Source: Acidothermus cellulolyticus 11B (GTDB lineage: Bacteria; Actinomycetota; Actinomycetes; Acidothermales; Acidothermaceae). From it: a stretch of DNA of 32,000 nt. Under the pieces are notes generated by a model. The model was not told where the DNA came from. It ran no database searches and was given only the letters and a program-made list of their open reading frames with translations. Shown here one piece after another: positions 25,628 through 32,000 of this stretch. Position 1 is the first letter of the stretch. The number at the start of each line of letters is the position of its first letter. The DNA lies in assembly GCF_000015025.1 (NCBI RefSeq), contig NC_008578.1, positions 1,530,001 through 1,562,000 of the forward strand. Reading direction: 5' to 3'. The position numbers were made by a program, and so were the translations under genes.

Positions 25628-28408
25628 TCACGCCGGGCGGGCCAGGATCGACCGCAGGACGTACGGCAGGATCCCGCCGTGCCGGTAGTACTCGGCCTCT
25701 CCGGGGGTGTCAATCCGGACGATCACCGGGAACTCTTTGTCATCCGCGCGGACGACGAGCTGACGCGGAATATGGTCCGCGCCGGCCAGCCCCGCGATGG
25801 TGTAGGTCTCCTCGCCGGTGAGGCCCAGGCTCTCCCGGTTCTGGCCGTCGACGAATTGCAGCGGCAGCACCCCCATCCCGATGAGGTTGCTGCGATGAAT
25901 CCGCTCGAACGATTCGGCGATGACGGCTCGGACGCCGAGGAGCGCCGTCCCCTTGGCCGCCCAGTCCCGCGACGACCCGGACCCGTATTCCTTTCCGGCG
26001 AGCACGATGAGCGGCACCCCCTCGGCGGCGTATCGCATCGCGGCGTCGTACACCGTCATCAGCTCCCCGTCCGGCAGATGGCGGGTGACACCTCCCTCGG
26101 TTCCGGGGGCAAGCAGGTTCCGCAGCCGGATATTGGCGAACGTCCCGCGGATCATCACCTCGTGGTTGCCCCGGCGCGAACCGTACGAATTGAAATCCTT
26201 CGGCTGCACGCCGTGCTCCATCAGATACCGCCCGGCGGGAGAATCCCGTTTGATGGAGCCGGCCGGGGAAATGTGGTCGGTGGTGACCGAATCGCCAAGC
26301 ATCACCAAGGCGCGGGCGCCGACAATGTCCGCGAGCGGCGCCGGTTCAGGGGTCATCCCATCGAAGTACGGCGGACGGCGCACGTACGTCGACGTCTCGT
26401 CCCAGACGAAGAGTTCGCCGTCCGGCACCTGCAGGCTGTTCCACCGCTCGTCACCGGCGAACACGTCCCGATAGCTCTCGACGAACATCCGCGACTCGAT
26501 CGCCCGTCCCATGACCTCGGAAATTTCTTGCTCACTCGGCCAAATGTCGCGAAGATACACGGGGTTGCCGTCTGCGCCGATGCCGAGCGGCTCGGTGGTC
26601 AGATCGACGTCCATCGAGCCGGCCAGCGCATAGGCGACGACAAGCGGCGGTGACGCCAGGTAATTCAGCTTGGTGTCCGGATGAATCCGTCCCTCGAAAT
26701 TCCGGTTGCCGGAGAGGACCGACGCGACCGCAAGCTCGGATTCGTTGATGGCCCGTGACAGCGGCTCGTCGAGCGGACCGGAATTGCCGATGCACGTGGT
26801 GCACCCGTAACCGACCAGGGCAAAACCCAGCTTCTCCAGGTAGGGCACCAGCCCGGCCGCCTCGTAATACGACATAACGACCTTCGACCCGGGGGCGAGG
26901 GTCGTCTTCACCCACGGCTTGGGAGTCAGGCCGCGCTCGACCGCCTTCTTCGCCAGCAGCGCCGCGCCAATCATCACCGAGGGATTCGACGTGTTCGTGC
27001 AACTGGTGATCGCTGCGATCACTACCGCGCCGTGGTCCAGTTCAACAGTCGTGCCGTCCGAGAGCGTGACCAGGGTCGGCTTACTCGGCCGCCCATTACT
27101 GCCCTGCGCTGCACTGGCGACAACCCGCGGCTTGTCCCCCGGATGCTCGTGTTCAACGGCGACCGGATCACTCGCCGGAAAGGACTCCGCCAGCCCTTCG
27201 TCCAGCGAACCGTCGGCCGGCTCATCGGTGACGTAATTCCGCAGCGCGGACCGGAATGCACGCTTCGCGCCCGTCAGCGGAATGCGGTCCTGCGGACGCT
27301 TCGGACCGGCGATGGAGGGTTCAACGGTGGACAGGTCGAGCTCCAGCCGCTCGGAGAACTCCGGTTCGTGCTCCGGGTCGTGCCAGAGTCCCTGCTCTTT
27401 CGCATATGCCTCAACAAGCGCCACCCGCTCCGGACTGCGCCCGGTGAACCGCAGGTACCGCAGCGTCTCGTCGTCGATGGGGAAAATCGCGCAGGTTGAG
27501 CCGTACTCGGGGCTCATGTTCCCGATGGTCGCCCGGTCGGCGAGTGGGATGTTCCCGACGCCCGGGCCGTAGAATTCGACGAATTTCCCGACGACGCCGT
27601 GCCGGCGCAGCATTTCCGCGACGGTCAAGACCAGGTCGGTCGCGGTCGCCCCGTCCGGGAGCTCACCGTGCACCCGGAACCCGACCACCTTGGGAATGAG
27701 CATGCTGATCGGCTGGCCGAGCATCGCCGCTTCTGCCTCGATGCCGCCGACTCCCCACCCGAGGACCGACAACCCGTTGACCATGGTCGTGTGCGAGTCG
27801 GTGCCGACCAACGTGTCCGGATACGCGACACCGTCTCGGTCGAAGACCACTCGGGACAGGTATTCGAGATTGACCTGGTGGCAAATTCCGGTATCGGGCG
27901 GCACAACTTTGAAGTTGTCAAACGCCCGTTGCCCCCACTTGAGAAATTGGTACCGCTCCCGGTTGCGTTGAAATTCGAGTTCGGCGTTGCGCACGAACGC
28001 ATCGGGACGCCCGTACACGTCGGCGATGACCGAGTGGTCGATGACCAGCTCCGCCGGGCTGAGCGGGTTGATCCGTTTCGGATCGCCGCCGAGGGCGACC
28101 ATCGCCTCCCGCATCGCGGCCAGGTCAACGATGCACGGTACGCCGGTGAAGTCCTGCATGAGGACGCGCGCCGGGGTGAACTGAATTTCGGTGTCCGGCT
28201 CTTTATCCGGATCCCAATTCGCCAGCGCGCGGATATGGTCGGCCGTGACGTTGACACCGTCCTCGGTGCGCAGCAGGTTCTCCAGCAGCACTTTTAAGGA
28301 AAACGGCAGCCGATGGACCGACGGAACGGCGTCCAGCCGATAGATGGTGTACCGTGCATCGCCCACCGCAAGCGTGCTACGACTGCCGAAGCTGTTCGCC
28401 TCTGTCAC
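25628..28408 (-). CDS. acn: aconitate hydratase A
   Basis: 926-aa ORF with aconitase motifs [39 protein letters not shown] and SGNRNFEGR. The GTG start is preceded by GAGGAGG. Confidence 0.96.
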   Translation of the reverse strand: MTEANSFGSRSTLAVGDARYTIYRLDAVPSVHRLPFSLKVLLENLLRTEDGVNVTADHIRALANWDPDKEPDTEIQFTPARVLMQDFTGVPCIVDLAAMREAMVALGGDPKRINPLSPAELVIDHSVIADVYGRPDAFVRNAELEFQRNRERYQFLKWGQRAFDNFKVVPPDTGICHQVNLEYLSRVVFDRDGVAYPDTLVGTDSHTTMVNGLSVLGWGVGGIEAEAAMLGQPISMLIPKVVGFRVHGELPDGATATDLVLTVAEMLRRHGVVGKFVEFYGPGVGNIPLADRATIGNMSPEYGSTCAIFPIDDETLRYLRFTGRSPERVALVEAYAKEQGLWHDPEHEPEFSERLELDLSTVEPSIAGPKRPQDRIPLTGAKRAFRSALRNYVTDEPADGSLDEGLAESFPASDPVAVEHEHPGDKPRVVASAAQGSNGRPSKPTLVTLSDGTTVELDHGAVVIAAITSCTNTSNPSVMIGAALLAKKAVERGLTPKPWVKTTLAPGSKVVMSYYEAAGLVPYLEKLGFALVGYGCTTCIGNSGPLDEPLSRAINESELAVASVLSGNRNFEGRIHPDTKLNYLASPPLVVAYALAGSMDVDLTTEPLGIGADGNPVYLRDIWPSEQEISEVMGRAIESRMFVESYRDVFAGDERWNSLQVPDGELFVWDETSTYVRRPPYFDGMTPEPAPLADIVGARALVMLGDSVTTDHISPAGSIKRDSPAGRYLMEHGVQPKDFNSYGSRRGNHEVMIRGTFANIRLRNLLAPGTEGGVTRHLPDGELMTVYDAAMRYAAEGVPLIVLAGKEYGSGSSRDWAAKGTALLGVRAVIAESFERIHRSNLIGMGVLPLQFVDGQNRESLGLTGEETYTIAGLAGADHIPRQLVVRADDKEFPVIVRIDTPGEAEYYRHGGILPYVLRSILARPA

Positions 28409-28483
28409 GATGCCTCCTCATCACGGCGACCATCAACGCGGTTCGAGCCTATCCCCGCTGCTCTCGAGACGGGCGGGCCGATC

Positions 28484-28581
28484 GCTGCGTCCGCGGTCAC
28501 GCGCGTCCGTGGGGCGCGTCCGCGGTCAGGCGCGGAAGTCGGCTGCGTCCGCGGTCACGCGAGTCTCCGGTCAGGCGCGGA
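28484..28581. repeat. repeat array upstream of acn: GCGTCCGCGGTCA x3 at exact 29-bp spacing, within an imperfect 58-bp duplication
   Basis: The 13-mer occurs at 28487-28499, 28516-28528 and 28545-28557. An identical 20-mer GCTGCGTCCGCGGTCACGCG occurs at 28484-28503 and 28542-28561. CGGTCAGGCGCGGA occurs at 28523-28536 and again at 28568-28581, where it spans the stop codon of the upstream small CDS. Confidence 0.9.
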
Positions 28582-29005
28582 CGTGGAAACTGACCAGCCA
28601 GTCCTCCCGGGTCTCACCGTCGATTTCCAACCGCCACGCGTAACGACCCGGCGGCAGCACCAGACCCGGGCCGATCGTCACGACCACCGGAACGTCGATC
28701 GTGATGCCTTCCGGCGCCCCCGGCGGACGTTGCACGCGGAATGCCTGCTGGTGAACCAGCGGCTGCGGATTCTCCGGCGCGCCGGCCAGCACGGCCCGCC
28801 CGTCGGCGTCCTCCAGGCTGAGCCGCAGCAGGTGGTCTTCACCGGTCCGATGCCACGGCACGTGCACGAGGACCACGACAGCCTGCCCAGGCAGCGCGCC
28901 GGTGGGACCGGCGCCGACCACAGTCCAGCCAGCGCCGAGCATGTGCACTTTGCCGGCCGGATCCACCTCGGCGGCGTCGCACAACAGCAGGGTCGCGTGC
29001 ATCAT
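28571..29005 (-). CDS. small hypothetical protein (144 aa, predicted beta-rich; family not recognised with certainty)
   Basis: The ATG at 29005 overlaps the stop of the methyltransferase gene (ATGA, 29002-29005). The sequence MMHATLLLCDAAEVDPAGKVHMLGAGW... has no TM helix or signal peptide. Confidence 0.6.
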   Translation of the reverse strand: MMHATLLLCDAAEVDPAGKVHMLGAGWTVVGAGPTGALPGQAVVVLVHVPWHRTGEDHLLRLSLEDADGRAVLAGAPENPQPLVHQQAFRVQRPPGAPEGITIDVPVVVTIGPGLVLPPGRYAWRLEIDGETREDWLVSFHVRA

Positions 29006-30195
29006 GGCTCCGGGCGCAGAATAGCCACGCATTCCACGTGGTGGGTCTGAGGGAAGATATCGAACGCCCGCACCGAGACCGCCTGGTAGCCCGCCTCGCT
29101 GAAGACGGCGAGATCACGGGCCAATGCCGCGGGATCGCAGGCGACGTACCCGATCGCCCGGGGCCGGAGTGCGCAGATGCGCCGCGCATTCGGCGGCCCG
29201 AGACCGGTCCGCGGCGGATCGGCGACGACGATATCGAACCGCTCCCCTCGGTCGGCCGCCGCGGCAAGGAACTCCGCAACGTCCGCCCGGCGAACCTCGA
29301 CGGTATCGAACTCGGCGAGGTTGACGGACGCATCAGCGGCTGCGCCGCGATCGCCCTCGACCGCGACGACCCGACCCGAAGACCCGACCGACTCCGCGAG
29401 GAATGCGGCAAAGAGCCCGGCGCCAGCGTACAAGTCGAGCACCCGCTCGCCGGGAGCCGGCGTCACGCCCGACACGATCGCCCCGATCAGCAGGTCGGCC
29501 GCCGCCGGGTGCACCTGCCAGAACGTCGTCGGCCGGAGGCGGAACCGGCGGCCCCGGACCACTTCGATCAACCGACGGTCGCCGATCAGCCGCCGGCGGC
29601 CGTCCGACCGGGTCACGAGCACGCTGTGCGAGCCCGTTGCGACGCCGACCGCCGCCTCGACCGCCCGGGCCGCCGGCCACCGCCGTCCTTCGATGTCGAG
29701 CGCCTCAACCGCCGGGTGCGCGATGGCGCACCTCTCGACCGGAAGGACGGCGTGCGACCGCCAGGGATGGAAACCGGCCCGGCCCTGGTCGTCGACCGCG
29801 AACTGGACGCGGGTCCGCCACCCGAGGTCGGTGCCGGTCGGCTCGACGGCCACCTCTCTCTGCAGGCCGGCAAGCCGGGTGAGCTGCTCGCCAACGACGG
29901 TCGACTTGAGCTGCCGCTGGTACGCGGCCTCGGCGTGCTGCCAATCACAGCCCCCGCAGCCGCCGGGAATTGCGTACGGACAGGCCGGAGCAACGCGGTG
30001 CGGCGACGGGTCCAGGACGTCGATCACGTCAGCCCGGGCGAATCGCGACCGGACGTCGATGAGGCGCGCGACGACCCGTTCGCCGGGCAGCGTGTGCCGG
30101 ACGAAGACCACGCGCCCCTGATGGCGGGCGACGCAGACCCCGCCGTGAGCGACCGGACCGATCGTGAGCTCGAGGCGGTCTCCGACAGCGCTCAC
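29002..30195 (-). CDS. class I SAM-dependent RNA (uracil-5)-methyltransferase, RumA/TrmA-like with TRAM-like N-terminus
   Basis: 397 aa from GTG 30195, which overlaps the permease stop (GTGA, 30192-30195). It has a Cys cluster (ACPYAIPGGCGGCDW ... ERCAI), the SAM motif VLDLYAGAGLFAAFLA, and DIVVADPPRTG. The upstream 265 codons of the ORF-track entry are rejected. Confidence 0.85.
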   Translation of the reverse strand: MSAVGDRLELTIGPVAHGGVCVARHQGRVVFVRHTLPGERVVARLIDVRSRFARADVIDVLDPSPHRVAPACPYAIPGGCGGCDWQHAEAAYQRQLKSTVVGEQLTRLAGLQREVAVEPTGTDLGWRTRVQFAVDDQGRAGFHPWRSHAVLPVERCAIAHPAVEALDIEGRRWPAARAVEAAVGVATGSHSVLVTRSDGRRRLIGDRRLIEVVRGRRFRLRPTTFWQVHPAAADLLIGAIVSGVTPAPGERVLDLYAGAGLFAAFLAESVGSSGRVVAVEGDRGAAADASVNLAEFDTVEVRRADVAEFLAAAADRGERFDIVVADPPRTGLGPPNARRICALRPRAIGYVACDPAALARDLAVFSEAGYQAVSVRAFDIFPQTHHVECVAILRPEP

Positions 30196-32000
30196 GATTC
30201 GGGCGGGCCGGGACGAGTCGGAAGCTCCACCGGGGGCCTGCCGTCGGCCGGTAGGTCGGTGGGCGATGCGGTGGCCGTGTGCCACCAGGTCGCGGCGTCC
30301 TCCAGTTGCGCCGTCAGCCGTTCCGACGACTTGAGCTGGTACGGCACGCTCACCACCATCACCCCCGGGGTGAAGAGCAACCGGCCCTTGAGACGCAACG
30401 CGGTCTGATTGTGCAGAAGCTGCTCCCACCACCGGCCGACGATGTATTCGGGGATGAACACGGTGATGACGTCCCGCGGGCTGCGGCGCCGGATGCTCCG
30501 TAGATATTCCACGATGGGCCGGGTGATTTCGCGGTACGGCGAGGCAAGCACTTTGAGCGGCACGGGAATGCCCCGCTGCTCCCACTCCTGAACAAGCGCC
30601 GCAGTCTCTTCGGGATCGACGTCGACGATGACCGCCTCCAGGACCGACGGGCGGGTCGCCCGCGCATAGGCAAGAGCCCGCAGCGCCGGCTTGTGCAGCT
30701 TCGACAGCAGCACGATCGCGTGCACCCGCGCCGGCAGCGCCGTTTCGGCGTCCAGATTCGCGAAGAGCTCCCGGCTCACCGCGTCGTAATGACCGCGGAT
30801 GCCGCGCATCGTCAGGAAAATCACCGACATCGCGGCGACCGAAATCCACGCCCCGGCGAGGAATTTGGTGACGAGCACGACGAAGAGCACGATCCCGGTC
30901 ATCGTGGCGCCGAACGCGTTGATGGCGCGAGAGCGAATCATCCGGCGCCGTTCCGCCGCGTCCGTGACCGTGCGCAAGTGCCGGTTCCAATGCCGCACCA
31001 TGCCGATCTGGCTCGCGGTGAACGACACGAACACGCCGACGATGTACAGCTGAATGAGCCGGGTGGTCTGCGCGTCGAAGACGACGATGAGCAGGACGGC
31101 GAACCCAGCCAGCAAGATGATGCCGTTGCTGAATGCCAGCCGGTCCCCACGGTTCTGCAACTGCCGGGGCAAATACCCGTGTTTGGCGAGGATCGACCCA
31201 AGCACCGGGAAACCGTTGAACGCGGTGTTGGCCGCCATTACGAGGACGACGCCCGTCGCGGTCGCGACGAAATAGAAGCCCGGCGAAAATCCGCTGAACG
31301 CCGCCTTGGCCAGTTGGCTGATGATCGGATCCTGCCGGGCGGCGAAGCGGTGAACGTCGGTGATCCGAGCCAGCACGACGACCGAGAACATCATGGTGAC
31401 GGCGATGGTCCCGAGCAGGAGCAGCGTCGTGGCGGCGTTCTTGGACTTCGGTTCGCGGAAATTCGGTACGCCGTTGGAAATCGCTTCGACACCGGTGAGC
31501 GCGGCGCTGCCCGAAGAGAAAGCCTTGAGGATGAGGAACGCCCCCAGCAGGCCGGTCAGACCGTGCGGAAATTCCGTCGACGGCGGCACGGGTATCCGCG
31601 CCGTCTCCGCCTGCGGCAGGGTGCCGAGCGCGGCCCGGACGAAGCCGACCAGCGCCATGCCTAGGACACCGATCATGTACGCGTACGTCGGAATGGCGAA
31701 TGCCGTACCGGATTCCCGTATCCCCCGCAGGTTCATGGCCATCAGAACGACGACAAGGCCGACAGCCAGCGCCGCCGTATGCCCCTTGAGCAAAGGAATC
31801 GCCGAGGCGGCGTAGTCAGCCCCGGAGGAGATGGAGACGGCGACGGTCAGCACGTAGTCGACCATCAGCGCGCTTGCCACCACCAACCCGACGGTCGCGC
31901 CGAGGTTGTGGCTGGTGACCTCGTAGTCGCCGCCGCCGTTCGGGTAGGCCCGGACGGTCTGTCGATAGGACGCGACGACAGTCACCATGACCACCGCCAC
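30192..32000 (-). CDS. APC-superfamily permease with large C-terminal cytoplasmic domain, N-terminus outside window
   Basis: The frame is open to the window edge. It carries YPNGGGDYEV near the N-terminus, about 12 hydrophobic helices, then a soluble tail of about 200 aa. A permease followed by a methyltransferase matches actinobacterial synteny as I recall it. Confidence 0.85.
   Translation of the reverse strand: MAVVMVTVVASYRQTVRAYPNGGGDYEVTSHNLGATVGLVVASALMVDYVLTVAVSISSGADYAASAIPLLKGHTAALAVGLVVVLMAMNLRGIRESGTAFAIPTYAYMIGVLGMALVGFVRAALGTLPQAETARIPVPPSTEFPHGLTGLLGAFLILKAFSSGSAALTGVEAISNGVPNFREPKSKNAATTLLLLGTIAVTMMFSVVVLARITDVHRFAARQDPIISQLAKAAFSGFSPGFYFVATATGVVLVMAANTAFNGFPVLGSILAKHGYLPRQLQNRGDRLAFSNGIILLAGFAVLLIVVFDAQTTRLIQLYIVGVFVSFTASQIGMVRHWNRHLRTVTDAAERRRMIRSRAINAFGATMTGIVLFVVLVTKFLAGAWISVAAMSVIFLTMRGIRGHYDAVSRELFANLDAETALPARVHAIVLLSKLHKPALRALAYARATRPSVLEAVIVDVDPEETAALVQEWEQRGIPVPLKVLASPYREITRPIVEYLRSIRRRSPRDVITVFIPEYIVGRWWEQLLHNQTALRLKGRLLFTPGVMVVSVPYQLKSSERLTAQLEDAATWWHTATASPTDLPADGRPPVELPTRPGPPES

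Noticed and set aside
30196-30990. 265-codon N-terminal extension of the methyltransferase ORF
   Set aside because: It overlaps the APC permease coding region in another frame and has Arg/Gly/Pro-rich composition. The TRAM-like domain starts at GTG 30195, which overlaps the permease stop.
73-31664. Many long ORFs antisense to or overlapping the called genes (e.g. 73-1134 -, 1767-3491 -, 7763-9106 +, 10310-11716 +, 12264-13640 +, 12328-13587 -, 13676-14824 +, 15501-16811 +, 23080-25101 +, 25496-26653 +, 29038-30408 +, 30693-31664 +)
   Set aside because: These are typical shadow ORFs of high-GC DNA. Their products are Arg/Pro/Gly-rich with no recognisable motifs, and each fully overlaps a gene with clear family signatures.
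1-32000. Mobile elements, prophage, tRNA/rRNA genes or defence systems
   Set aside because: No integrase, transposase, recombinase, restriction/Cas-like or phage structural ORF was recognised in any frame. No tRNA-like or rRNA-like sequence was recognised in the short intergenic regions.

Overview
Very GC-rich (by eye about 70% or more, not computed), densely coding chromosomal segment with Actinomycetota-type gene content and synteny. I support 26 CDS. No tRNA, rRNA, CRISPR array, transposase or integrase was seen. Most of the window is core metabolism and maintenance. On the plus strand, treY (5'-truncated), treZ, a RibD_C-like reductase and an ATP-dependent DNA ligase (LigC-type) are chained by 4-nt start/stop overlaps, followed by a ROK kinase. 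A stand-alone LigD-polymerase/Prim-Pol gene converges on the kinase. Next come msrB, the coproporphyrin-dependent haem genes hemE-hemY-hemQ, an EamA transporter, an ABC-2 exporter pair, DUF3000, RNase D, dxs, aconitase, a RumA/TrmA-like RNA methyltransferase and a truncated APC permease. The one clearly accessory, non-housekeeping block lies between DUF3000 and rnd (15333-20796). It holds a LuxR/NarL-type response regulator divergent from a three-gene, overlap-coupled operon. That operon encodes (i) a secreted S8 subtilase whose C-terminus is 19 uninterrupted Trp-centred pentapeptide repeats (ARMWG / xDSWD), (ii) a protein with about 8 TM helices and a cytoplasmic GAF-like domain, and (iii) a HisKA_3 histidine kinase with almost no extracytoplasmic loop. 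I do not recognise the Trp-pentapeptide tail or this protease/TM-GAF/kinase arrangement as a described system, so it is my top candidate for something new. Function is inference only. Secondary observations are a perfect 24-bp direct repeat pair in the 444-bp divergent control region, a thrice-repeated 13-mer at 29-bp spacing upstream of acn, short duplications of gene 3' ends, and the unusual trehalose-to-DNA-ligase translational coupling. Coordinates of starts and repeats were cross-checked against ORF-track boundaries. All homology calls come from motif recognition by eye, not from searches.
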